Origin: an uncultured Methanosarcinales archaeon
Lineage (GTDB): Archaea > Nanobdellota > Nanobdellia > Woesearchaeales > CAYSVS01
Direction: 5' to 3'
NCBI GenBank assembly: GCA_964589485.1
Contig: CAZPRK010000009.1
Span: 1-37,172, forward strand
Length of the DNA stretch: 37,172 bases
Part shown: positions 16,199 to 25,487 of the stretch, piece by piece
How positions within the stretch are numbered: the stretch's first letter is position 1
Layout: each line of letters begins with the position of its first letter
Translations under genes and position numbers: made by a program
The notes under the pieces: model-generated
What the model saw: the letters and a program-made list of their open reading frames with translations, nothing else
The model's database searches: none
Told to the model about the DNA's origin: nothing

Positions 16199-18601
16199 AT
16201 GAAAAGGATAACTTTATTTATAATATTTTCTCTTTTTCTAGTTACATTTGTATCTGGTGAGTATACAAAAGAAACTTCTGAAGAGTTAGAACATTTAATT
16301 AATTGGCAGGAATATACTCCTAAAACTTTTCAAAAAGCCTTATCTGAAAAAAAACCAATTTATTTAGTGGTGTCTGCTCCTTCATGGTGTTATTGGTGTC
16401 ACGTTTATGAAAGTGAAGATTATTTGTATAATTCTGTTTTATATCCATACATAAATGAAAATTTTATTCCCGTTTTAGTTGATTCTGATAAAAGACCTGA
16501 TTTAACTAGGAAGTATTTAGAAGGGGGATGGCCGTCTACAACTATATTAGCTCCAAATATGCAAAGAATAAACGGATTTACTGGTCCAAGAGATCCAAAA
16601 GGTTTACAAGAATATCTTGAAAGCCTAATTATTTATTTAGTTGATAAAGACTTTTCTTTATTTGAAAATTCAATTGAATATAGTAAAATTGATGTTGTTT
16701 TACCTTCGGAAAATAATGATTTAAGAAAAAAATATCTTGACTTAGTTAAAAAAAATTATGATACTTTTTATGGTGGTTTTGGTTTAGGTAATGCTCCTAA
16801 ATGGAGGGAAGGACAAAAATTTCCAAGACCATTAACTTTGAAACTTTTTATGGAAGAATATGAAAAATCAGGTGATGAAATTTATTATGACATGGTATTA
16901 AAAACATTTGAAAATCAATTTACTAGTGATTTAGAAAATTATAAACTTTATGATCCTGTAGAAGGTGGGTTTCATAGATATTCTACAAAAAGGGATTGGA
17001 CAATTCCACATTATGAAAAAATGTTATATGATCAAGCTAAATTGATTAGTGTTTATTCTAAATTAGATGTTGCTGAATTAGTTGTAAACAAAAGTCTTGA
17101 TTTTATTTTTTCTAAATTTTATGATTCTGATGGAGGATTTTATTCTAGTCAAGATGCGCATTTGGAAAGTGAATACTTTGGTGAAAAAAATAGATCTGAA
17201 TTAGAGCAACCATTTATAGATAAAACAAGAAAAATAAATGATAATGCGTTAATGATAATTACTTTAATTGAGTTAGGTTATAATGAAGAAGCAAAAAAAA
17301 GTTTAGATTTTATTAAGAATAACATGTTGAGCGATGGTTTATTTTATTACTATGATCATGAATTAAAAAAACCATTTCTTGATGGACAAAGTTTATCCAA
17401 TTCATATGGATTATTGGCTTTTATTTCTGCATATGAAAAATATGGTGAATATTTAGATGAATCTAAACAAATAGCAGATTATTCTTTAGATAATTTGTAT
17501 GATTGGAACAGTGCAGGATTTTTTGAAAGGAATAGTAAAAACATTAATTTTTATGCATTAAATGAAAGAATTAGTTTAAATAGGAATTATGAAGAAAACG
17601 CAGTTTTTGTTTATGGTTTGATTAAGTTATATTTATCTACTAATGATGATAAATATTTAGATCCGTCTTTGAAAACTTTAGGTTACTTAGTTCAAAATTT
17701 TCAATTTAGTGATGAAAGTTATTACGTTATTAAATCTTTAGAGTTAGTTAATGAAAATAATTTAATTAATAAACATAAAACTTTTAGCAGAGATAATTTT
17801 TGGTTAAATGATTTATTGGATGTAAAAAGTAATACTATTTCTTTAGATGATGCTCCATTGTTAAAACCAGAATTTGCTGATGTTAGTACTGTTATTTTAA
17901 TATTAGTTTCTTTTTTAGTTGGCTTGCTAAGTTTTTTATCTCCTTGTACTTTACCTATTCTTCCTGTATATTTTGCAGTTAATATTAATTCAAAAAAATC
18001 TATAAAAGATACTTTATTGTTTGTTATAGGTGTAGCCTTAATTTTTAGTTTATTTGGAATGGGTGCTGGATTTGTTGGAAGTTATTTGAAAGATTATAGA
18101 AGCATAGTAACAAAAATAGCTGGTTTATTGATTATATTATTTGGAATTTTAGAATTAAAAGGTAAAGGGTTTTCTGGGTTTAAGATAAATAAAAAAATTG
18201 AAAATAGCTTTTTATTAGGTTTAACCTTTGGAATTGGTTGGAGTGCTTGTATTGGTCCAATATTAGCTTCTTTCCTTTTATTAGCAAGTACAAGTGGAAC
18301 TATCTTTAAAGGAACTTTATTGTTATTTATTTATGCATTAGGGTTATGTTTACCTTTAATTTTAATATCTCCATTTTTTGATAAGTTTAAGAAAACTAAG
18401 TATTGGGAGTATCTTAAAGGAAGAGAAATATATGGAATGCATTCTACTTACTTGATTTCTGGTTTGATTTTAATTATATTAGGTATATTGATTTATTTTG
18501 ATTTCTTGTTTAGTTTAAATGAATATGCTTTACAAAGTGAATATGTTCAGAAAGTAATAATTACTGGAGAAGAATTTTTAAAAAAAGTATTTTTAAGATA
18601 G
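16199..18601 (+). CDS. Exported DUF255/YyaL (thioredoxin + alpha/alpha barrel) protein fused to a C-terminal CcdA domain
   Basis: Signal peptide from ATG 16199. WCYWCHV, DKRPDL, GGWPST, KFP, GGFHRYS, IPHYEKMLYDQA and GGFYSSQDA, then LSPCTLPILP and GWSACIGPILA. Confidence 0.88.
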   Translation: MKRITLFIIFSLFLVTFVSGEYTKETSEELEHLINWQEYTPKTFQKALSEKKPIYLVVSAPSWCYWCHVYESEDYLYNSVLYPYINENFIPVLVDSDKRPDLTRKYLEGGWPSTTILAPNMQRINGFTGPRDPKGLQEYLESLIIYLVDKDFSLFENSIEYSKIDVVLPSENNDLRKKYLDLVKKNYDTFYGGFGLGNAPKWREGQKFPRPLTLKLFMEEYEKSGDEIYYDMVLKTFENQFTSDLENYKLYDPVEGGFHRYSTKRDWTIPHYEKMLYDQAKLISVYSKLDVAELVVNKSLDFIFSKFYDSDGGFYSSQDAHLESEYFGEKNRSELEQPFIDKTRKINDNALMIITLIELGYNEEAKKSLDFIKNNMLSDGLFYYYDHELKKPFLDGQSLSNSYGLLAFISAYEKYGEYLDESKQIADYSLDNLYDWNSAGFFERNSKNINFYALNERISLNRNYEENAVFVYGLIKLYLSTNDDKYLDPSLKTLGYLVQNFQFSDESYYVIKSLELVNENNLINKHKTFSRDNFWLNDLLDVKSNTISLDDAPLLKPEFADVSTVILILVSFLVGLLSFLSPCTLPILPVYFAVNINSKKSIKDTLLFVIGVALIFSLFGMGAGFVGSYLKDYRSIVTKIAGLLIILFGILELKGKGFSGFKINKKIENSFLLGLTFGIGWSACIGPILASFLLLASTSGTIFKGTLLLFIYALGLCLPLILISPFFDKFKKTKYWEYLKGREIYGMHSTYLISGLILIILGILIYFDFLFSLNEYALQSEYVQKVIITGEEFLKKVFLR

Positions 18602-18634
18602 GTTTATAAATAATTGTACTAGTACAAATAATTC

Positions 18635-19231
18635 ATGGAATTAAGTAGACAAGTTTTAAATTTAGCACATAGGTATTTTATGTATTCAGGAGATGTTTCT
18701 AGAGTTAATTTAGGAAAAGCTAAAGAATTAAGAGAAAATTTGATTATTCCTTTTGAATTTGCAACAACAGAATTTAGAAATGCAACTTACATAGATAAAA
18801 CTTTAGATGATGAAGGAATTCAAGAAATTTATTCAGCTGCATATTCCGCTTTAAGATCAGCTAGACAGATTGTTTTAAACTTAGGTCTAGAATATAGAGT
18901 TAGAGAAAAAAGAAAATTTCTTCGATTTAATGAAAACTCTTTGAAGTCTTTAGAATTAGAAGTTAAAGGAACAGAACTTGAAGAACATGTTTCTAAAGTT
19001 ACATATAATGCTGATCATGTTTCAGTTCATGAATTTTCTTTAAAATTATTTGAATATATTGAGAAAGCAAAAAATCCTAAAGAATATGTATCAGTTTTTC
19101 TTAATAGACATGGTCTAAGAAGAAACGGAATTTTAACTTTATTTACATATGATGTTTTTGATTCAGGTTTAATTACAAAATTAACTACGATGGTTGATAA
19201 ATTAAGACAACCAGAAGTTATAACTTTATGA
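18635..19231 (+). CDS. Hypothetical protein
   Basis: 198-aa ORF with TTTATAAA at 18603-18610 in leaderless spacing. No recognised motif. Confidence 0.65.
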   Translation: MELSRQVLNLAHRYFMYSGDVSRVNLGKAKELRENLIIPFEFATTEFRNATYIDKTLDDEGIQEIYSAAYSALRSARQIVLNLGLEYRVREKRKFLRFNENSLKSLELEVKGTELEEHVSKVTYNADHVSVHEFSLKLFEYIEKAKNPKEYVSVFLNRHGLRRNGILTLFTYDVFDSGLITKLTTMVDKLRQPEVITL

Positions 19232-19855
19232 TTTTATTACGTTAATAATTTTACAAGTATCTAAGTTTTTACATATAGATTCATTATGTGCTTTATTGAT
19301 TATTTTAATTACTTGTTCAGGATTTTTTGCAAAATGAATGTTGTCTAAATCTTTTTTACTCATTAATTTATTTCTTAATGCTGTTTTTTTAATCCAAGTA
19401 ATTAAATCTGTCCACATGTTTCCATAAAGTATAATTGGGATGTGATTTATTTTATTAACTTGGGTTAATTGCCATGTGTAAAATAATTCTAACATTGTTC
19501 CAATTCCACCTGGAGCTACTACTACTGCATTTGACAAGTACATGAATTTATCAAGCCTATTTGAAAATTTATTAAAGTCCATTTCAATGTCCAAATGTTT
19601 ATTTGAACTTTGTTCAAATGGTAATTTAATATTAAGTCCTATTGAATGAGAATTGTTATGATTTTTTTTGCCTGATTGATGTCCTGCATTAGCTGCATTC
19701 ATTATACCTGGACCACCGCCAGTTACAACATCATAACCTTCTTTTCCTATTAATTTAGCTAATTTATAGATCCTCTTATATGTAGGATCGTTTCTTTTAA
19801 TTCTTGCACTTCCAAATATTGCAACGTGAAAATGTTTCATTACATAATTAACCAT
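19226..19855 (-). CDS. LOG family nucleotide phosphoribohydrolase
   Basis: AIFGSAR, TGGGPGIMNAANAG, GLNIKLPFEQ and PGGIGTMLELF. Confidence 0.9.
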   Translation of the reverse strand: MVNYVMKHFHVAIFGSARIKRNDPTYKRIYKLAKLIGKEGYDVVTGGGPGIMNAANAGHQSGKKNHNNSHSIGLNIKLPFEQSSNKHLDIEMDFNKFSNRLDKFMYLSNAVVVAPGGIGTMLELFYTWQLTQVNKINHIPIILYGNMWTDLITWIKKTALRNKLMSKKDLDNIHFAKNPEQVIKIINKAHNESICKNLDTCKIINVIKS

Positions 19856-19932
19856 ATTTGATTTTCAGTATTAATGATTTATATATTTTTTGTTTCTAAA
19901 CTTTTATAAATATTAATTATATTTTTAATTAT

Positions 19933-20358
19933 ATGAAAAAAGGAATAGATTATACTGGAATAACTGTAGTATTTTTTTGTCATGATGGGCAGGGAAATTT
20001 TCTTTTAGCAAAAAGAAGTACTTCTTGTAGGGATGAACATGGAAGATGGGACCCTGGCGGAGGGGCATTAGAAGTAGGATATTCTGTAGAAGAAACTTTA
20101 AGAAAGGAAATATTTGAAGAATATGGTACTTCAGTAATTGATTTAGAATTTTTAGGTTATAGAGATGTTCATAGAGAAAAAACTCATTGGATTGCATTAG
20201 ATTTTAAAGTTCGTGTTGATAGAATTAAAGTAAAAAACAACGAACCTCATAAATTTGATGAAATAGGTTGGTTTAAATTAGATAATTTGCCTCAACCCTT
20301 ACATAGCCAAATGGGGATATACTTGGAAAAATATAAAGATAAACTTATTTTTTCTTAA
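19933..20358 (+). CDS. NUDIX hydrolase
   Basis: Nudix box GGALEVGYSVEETLRKEIFEEYG, plus NEPHKFDEIGWF. Confidence 0.9.
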   Translation: MKKGIDYTGITVVFFCHDGQGNFLLAKRSTSCRDEHGRWDPGGGALEVGYSVEETLRKEIFEEYGTSVIDLEFLGYRDVHREKTHWIALDFKVRVDRIKVKNNEPHKFDEIGWFKLDNLPQPLHSQMGIYLEKYKDKLIFS

Positions 20359-21235
20359 CAACCTTATGTCCGCCAAATTCATTCCTTACGGCTGAAATTA
20401 CTTTTTTACCTAAATTAAATTTATTACTTTTGTCTTTTCTAATTTTAACTGATTCTTTAAAAGCAGGGGTATATCCTCTAACTGATTTAACTGTATTTTG
20501 TAGTTCATCTATTGTTACACTACCTATTTCTTTGCTAATATTATTAAAATCAGGTCTTCTTAAAGCGATAGTGGTTAAGTCAACTAACCAACTTCTGATT
20601 ACTGATGAATCTTGCCATCCTTCTGTTGCTTCATCTAACTTAATGTTATGCTTAAATTTATTTAATAATTCAATTCCTTCAGCTAAGCCTTGAAGGTAAG
20701 TATATTCAACTATATTGTGTACACTTTTAACAAAATGTCCAGATCCAGCAGGTCCAAAATATTTATATCCTTTTTTTGTAGAAAGTGTTTTCATAAAAGG
20801 CTCTATATATTTGTATTGGCTTTTTGGGCCACCGATCATTAAAGGATATCCGTTTTTTAAACCCCATATTCCTCCTGAAACTCCAACGTCAAAAAAATAA
20901 ATTCCTTTTTCTTTACACCATTTATCATGTTTTTCTGCATTTTTATAAAATGAATTAGCTCCATTGATTATAATATCACCTTTATTTAATAAAGCTAAAA
21001 TTTGTTTCATGTTTGAATCTGTGACATTCCCTGTAGGTAGCATTAACCAAACTATTTTTTTCTTTCCTAATTTTTGGACAAATTCTTTTAAGTTATAAGC
21101 TGGAATTGCGCCTTTTTTAGCAATAGATTTAACTTTATCTGGGCTTCTGTTATATGCAACTACTGAATGTTTTTTTAGAAGTCTTTGAACCATATTGTAT
21201 CCCATTCTACCTAACCCAATAAAGCCAATTTTCAT
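20345..21235 (-). CDS. gnd: 6-phosphogluconate dehydrogenase, short-chain decarboxylating type
   Basis: GLGRMG Rossmann motif, AYNRS, WLMLP, DVGVSGGIWG, GSGHFVKSVHNIVEY, SVIRSWL and RNEFGGH. Confidence 0.93.
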   Translation of the reverse strand: MKIGFIGLGRMGYNMVQRLLKKHSVVAYNRSPDKVKSIAKKGAIPAYNLKEFVQKLGKKKIVWLMLPTGNVTDSNMKQILALLNKGDIIINGANSFYKNAEKHDKWCKEKGIYFFDVGVSGGIWGLKNGYPLMIGGPKSQYKYIEPFMKTLSTKKGYKYFGPAGSGHFVKSVHNIVEYTYLQGLAEGIELLNKFKHNIKLDEATEGWQDSSVIRSWLVDLTTIALRRPDFNNISKEIGSVTIDELQNTVKSVRGYTPAFKESVKIRKDKSNKFNLGKKVISAVRNEFGGHKVVKKK

Positions 21236-22518
21236 ATTATATCACCAAGTTTACTTTTTTTGTTATATTTAATTAATTTCTTTTTTTTAATTTTATCTAC
21301 AATTTTCCATTGATATTCTATTTCATCATTTCTCATAAACACAGAATGGTCTCCTTTGATTACATCTTCTAAAAGTTTTTCATAAGCTTCTGGTGAATTT
21401 GGAAAGTGACAATTGTAACAAAAATCCATGTTAATTGGAATTATTTTTGAACTAAAAGGAGATTTAGCGTTTAAAGCCATTTTAAACCCTTGTTGAGGTT
21501 GTATGTCTAAGATTAATTTATTACTTTCTAATTCACAATTAAACAATACGCAAGGTGCTTCTTTAAATTCAATTGTAATATTTGAACTTCTTTCAGATAA
21601 ATTTTTTCCAGTTGTTAAAAAGAAAGGAACGCCTTTCCAACGAGAATTGTTAATTGACATTTCAACTGAAGCAAAAGTTTCAGTATTAGATTTATGACCA
21701 ACTTCTTTAACATATTCTTTATATTGGCCAAGGATTGTTTTATTTATTTTTGCTTTTTTTAAGACTTTTACCTTTTCATTCCTTATAAATTTTGATTCTA
21801 ATTTTTTAGGTTTTTCCATAGCAACTAATGCTAATAATTGTAATAAATGGTTTTGAAGTACATCTTTAATTGCTCCGTACTTATCATAAAATTTTGCTCT
21901 GGTTTCAACTCCAAAATCCTCTTGTACTAAAATGTTTATTTTTTTAATATGTTTATTGTTCCAAATGGGTTCAAATATTTTATTTGTAAACCTTAATATT
22001 GCCAAATTTTGAACAGTATCTTTTCCAAGGTAATGGTCTATTCTGTAGATCTCTTTTTCTTTAAAATGTTTTTTTATTGTTTTATTAATATCTTTGGCTG
22101 ATTTTAAATCATTACCAAAAGGTTTTTCAAAAACAATTTTACCTTTAAGTTTATTTTTACTGAAATTATTTATTATTGATTTAAAATGTTGAGGAAGAGT
22201 AGCTAAATAGAATATTTTTTCACTTTTTAATTTATGTTTTTTTTCAACATTTTTAATGAAAGAATCTAAATTATTAAATTTATCAGAATAAAAATCACTC
22301 TCAAAATGATATGTTTTTGAATTAAGTTTTTTTAAAACATTATCATCAGGTTTTTTAATATATTTTTTTGATTCTAAAATTATGTTGATTTTACTTCTGG
22401 AAACTCCAATTATTGCAAATTTATTTAATTTTTCTTTTTTAACTAGCTTATAGATTGCTGGAATTAATTTCTTTTTGGTTAAATCTCCGCTAGCACCTAA
22501 AATTACAAATGTAGTCAT
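21232..22518 (-). CDS. zwf: Glucose-6-phosphate 1-dehydrogenase (bacterial type)
   Basis: GASGDL..KKLIPA, EKPFG.DL.SA, RIDHYLGK, DVLQNHLLQ, TETF, RWKGVPF and EAYEKLL. Confidence 0.96.
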   Translation of the reverse strand: MTTFVILGASGDLTKKKLIPAIYKLVKKEKLNKFAIIGVSRSKINIILESKKYIKKPDDNVLKKLNSKTYHFESDFYSDKFNNLDSFIKNVEKKHKLKSEKIFYLATLPQHFKSIINNFSKNKLKGKIVFEKPFGNDLKSAKDINKTIKKHFKEKEIYRIDHYLGKDTVQNLAILRFTNKIFEPIWNNKHIKKINILVQEDFGVETRAKFYDKYGAIKDVLQNHLLQLLALVAMEKPKKLESKFIRNEKVKVLKKAKINKTILGQYKEYVKEVGHKSNTETFASVEMSINNSRWKGVPFFLTTGKNLSERSSNITIEFKEAPCVLFNCELESNKLILDIQPQQGFKMALNAKSPFSSKIIPINMDFCYNCHFPNSPEAYEKLLEDVIKGDHSVFMRNDEIEYQWKIVDKIKKKKLIKYNKKSKLGDII

Positions 22519-23294
22519 TTTAATAATTTAGCATATTCGGGAATAATATCTTTTGTGAATGATTTTATACCTTCATCTGTTTTTTTATGTTCAAGTAATT
22601 CTTTGATTACATTATATGGCAGAGTAGATATGTCTGCTCCATTAACTGCACATTCTCTTACTTGTCTTGAATTTCTTAAGGATGCAGCTAAAACTTCACA
22701 TTTAATATTATATTTTTTGAAAATTATTTTTATTTGTTCTACTAAGTCAACTCCCGAAACAATACCATTATCCTCTAACTTTCTCATTCCTTCTTCTGGA
22801 AAATATTCTGTTTTGTTGAATTTTAGTTTATGTTTTGTTCTAATATAATCATCCATTCTCCCTGCAAATGGACTTATAAATTTTGCTCCAGCTTTTGCTG
22901 CTAATAAAGCTTGTTCTGGAGTGAAAATAAGAGTACAATTAATAGGAATATTTTTTTTTGATAAATATTTAATAGCTCTAATTCCATCATAACTATTATT
23001 AGTATTTACTGGAATTTTAATATAAACATTTTTTGCAATAGGGTTAAACATCTTAAATAATTTAAGTCCTTGTTTAACCATTCCTTCATAACTTAGTTCA
23101 GTAACTTCTAAAGATACAGGTGTGCCTTTGGCAAGAATTAGAATTTTTTTAATATAATTCTTCATATCTTTTGTTTTATGTTTTAATCCTGCTTTTTTAA
23201 TTAAACTAGGGTTAGTTGTTACTCCATCTACTATTCCCATAGTATAAGCATCTTTAATTTCATCTATATCTGCTGAATCAATAAAAATTTTCAA
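22515..23294 (-). CDS. tal: Transaldolase (small TalC/FSA fold)
   Basis: FIDSAD, GVTTNPSL, SLEV, IKIP, NCTLIF..EQA, ISPFAGR and AASLR. The Glu in SLEV and Phe in SPF favour transaldolase over FSA. TTG 23294 follows a GAGGTG SD. Confidence 0.88.
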   Translation of the reverse strand: MKIFIDSADIDEIKDAYTMGIVDGVTTNPSLIKKAGLKHKTKDMKNYIKKILILAKGTPVSLEVTELSYEGMVKQGLKLFKMFNPIAKNVYIKIPVNTNNSYDGIRAIKYLSKKNIPINCTLIFTPEQALLAAKAGAKFISPFAGRMDDYIRTKHKLKFNKTEYFPEEGMRKLEDNGIVSGVDLVEQIKIIFKKYNIKCEVLAASLRNSRQVRECAVNGADISTLPYNVIKELLEHKKTDEGIKSFTKDIIPEYAKLLK

Positions 23295-23418
23295 AAATAA
23301 CACCTCTTTAATGAAATTAAGAAATTAAGATATATAAATTTATGTTTTTTTAACTAAAATTTACTTTATTGTTATTTAATCAAAACATTAATAAATAATA
23401 GAAATTTAAAAACAAGAT

Positions 23419-24072
23419 ATGTACTACCCAATATTTGCAGGAATTGCAGTTTCAATAATGCATTACCTAAACCAAAGTTATTTTTCTAAATTGAAAGATA
23501 TGCGTTTAGTTTCTTTTTCTTCAGGGATTTCTATATCATATATTTTTTTACATTTGTTTCCGCAATTTACTAAATCTGTAAGTGGGAATAGATTGTTTTT
23601 TATATTAGTTTTATTGGGTTTTGCAACATTTCATTTAGTTGAAAAATATATATATAAAAATACTAAAAATGCTAAGTATAAATTAGCAATAGAAGATTCT
23701 ATTATTTCTGCTTTATATCATTTTTTTACAGGGATATTGTTAGTTAATTTTTTTAATATAAATTTTTTAGAAGGAATTTTATTTACTATTCCAATATTTT
23801 TACATACTGGTGTTTCAAGGCATCCTTTTGATATTTCTAAACTTAAAAATATTCAATATTTAACTGCTTTATCAACATTAATTGGAGTAATCGTAGCAAT
23901 ATCTACTTTTAGTTATTTTCATGCTGACTTTTTTAATGTAGTTTTAGGGTTTGTTCTAGGAGCATTAATATTTACAGTAACTCGTCATTCTTTACCTAAA
24001 GAAAAAGAAGGCGAACCTTTATTCTTTATGCTTGGAGCTTTATTGTATAGTATTTTTCTTTTTATTGTATAA
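23419..24072 (+). CDS. ZIP-like divalent metal transporter
   Basis: Multi-TM protein with SGISISYIFLHLFP, YHFFTG, FLHT and GALIF...HSLP. Confidence 0.6.
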   Translation: MYYPIFAGIAVSIMHYLNQSYFSKLKDMRLVSFSSGISISYIFLHLFPQFTKSVSGNRLFFILVLLGFATFHLVEKYIYKNTKNAKYKLAIEDSIISALYHFFTGILLVNFFNINFLEGILFTIPIFLHTGVSRHPFDISKLKNIQYLTALSTLIGVIVAISTFSYFHADFFNVVLGFVLGALIFTVTRHSLPKEKEGEPLFFMLGALLYSIFLFIV

Positions 24073-24251
24073 TTCAGGAATTATAAAAATTAAACTAATT
24101 GAAAAAATAATACTTAGTTTATTTGAAATGAATAAATTTTCTCCAAAGAATGAATATTATCAATAAGAGAAAAGTTAATTATTTTGTTTAGTATAATAAA
24201 TAAAACACTAATTCTTACTATTCACAATATTCCCTTAAATATTTTATTCAT
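24073..24251 (-). pseudogene. Possible decayed membrane-protein gene remnant
   Basis: An ATG overlapping the pgl stop gives MNKIFKGIL*IVRISVLFIILNK. Another frame gives FFGENLFISNKLSIIFSISLIFII. Weak signal in AT-rich DNA. Confidence 0.2.
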
Positions 24252-24883
24252 AAATTTGTAATGATTACATTACTTTTAATACTTTTTACTATTTTGGCTG
24301 GACAATCAATATAACTAACATTATTATCTTTAAATCTATTTAAAGCATCTCTTTTTTCTTTCCCAAGAAATAATAATATTGCAAATTTACTTTTACTAAT
24401 TAATGTTTTTGAACTACTCATTCTTTTTTTGGGTAATTTAGGGGAGTCATTCATTGAAAAGAAATATTTTGCTTTGTTTTTAGCAGAATGATGGTTAGGG
24501 TATAACCCGGCAACATGCCCATCTTCCCCTGAACTTAATAAAACAACATCAAATTTTCCTCCTACTTTTTTTAATTCAAATTCATATTTTTTATTGTTTT
24601 TTATATAAGGGTGAACGTTTTCTTTAGGTATATTTATGTAATTAAGGAGATTATCTTTTGCTAGCTTAAAGTTACTATCTTTATGATTTATACTAACCAT
24701 TCTTTCATCTATCATGAAGATATGAATTTTAGACCAATTCATTTTTTTCTTCTTTAATTCAGAATAAATTCCTTTCATACTTCTTCCGCCAGGGATAGCT
24801 AATACTTTTATTTTCTTTTTTTCTATAATAGATGCAACTAATTTATATGCTTCTTTTTTATTTTTTATTTTTTTTATAGACAA
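24248..24883 (-). CDS. pgl: 6-phosphogluconolactonase
   Basis: AIPGGRS, FMIDERMV, DSNF, FDVVLLSSGEDGHVAGLYP and DSPKLPKKRMS. TTG 24883 follows GGAGG. Lies within the PPP cluster. Confidence 0.85.
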   Translation of the reverse strand: MSIKKIKNKKEAYKLVASIIEKKKIKVLAIPGGRSMKGIYSELKKKKMNWSKIHIFMIDERMVSINHKDSNFKLAKDNLLNYINIPKENVHPYIKNNKKYEFELKKVGGKFDVVLLSSGEDGHVAGLYPNHHSAKNKAKYFFSMNDSPKLPKKRMSSSKTLISKSKFAILLFLGKEKRDALNRFKDNNVSYIDCPAKIVKSIKSNVIITNL

Positions 24884-25487
24884 TTTTAGAAGCCTCCAAA
24901 AAGTTTTTTGCAATATATCCTTTTTTATTCATTTTTTTAATTTGCTCAGGTTCATTAATAAAAGGAACTAATATCCCTGTTCCTTTAACATTAATTGCAG
25001 TTTGAACATCACTGGCTCTATCTCCAATTACATATATTTTAGTTTTTTTAAAATTTAATCCTTCTTTTTCAAGTGAACTAATAACCATTCCTAAGTTAGG
25101 TTTAATACAAAAACAATTACAAACTTTTGATTTATGGAACTTATATTTTTTTCTTTTTTTCACATAATCAGGAGTTGCATGTCCGCATGCAAAATAACCA
25201 TCTAATTTTGCTCCTTTTTTTTCTAATTTATTTAAAACGTATTCACAAACTTGAGCAACTCTTTTATCATCAAGAAGTTTAAATTCTTTAATTGCAACCC
25301 CAGGTTGATTTGTTATCATATATATTTTAACACTAGGTATTTTTTTTAGAAGTTTAATTCCCTCAATTACTTTAGGTAAGATTTTAACTTTTTTTTTCCA
25401 ATTGTTACTTTTACCTAAATGATATTTTTTATCATATATTAAAACTCCGTCTCTATCAATACATATAAGTGTATTCAATAAAGCCAC
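24858..25487 (-). CDS. HAD IIIA phosphatase (GmhB/HisB-like)
   Basis: IDRDGVL, TNQPG, C.H...C.CIKP..GM and GDRASD. Confidence 0.85.
   Translation of the reverse strand: MALLNTLICIDRDGVLIYDKKYHLGKSNNWKKKVKILPKVIEGIKLLKKIPSVKIYMITNQPGVAIKEFKLLDDKRVAQVCEYVLNKLEKKGAKLDGYFACGHATPDYVKKRKKYKFHKSKVCNCFCIKPNLGMVISSLEKEGLNFKKTKIYVIGDRASDVQTAINVKGTGILVPFINEPEQIKKMNKKGYIAKNFLEASKIVYKKNKK

Noticed and set aside
11386..18601. Cytochrome c maturation or a true Sox operon
   Set aside because: No CxxCH proteins, no ResB/ResC/CcmF, and no SoxABCDXZ-like ORFs. Only the tail motif resembles SoxY.
24858..25487. Specific gmhB or hisB assignment
   Set aside because: The family motifs are clear, but no heptose or histidine pathway neighbours are present to fix the substrate.
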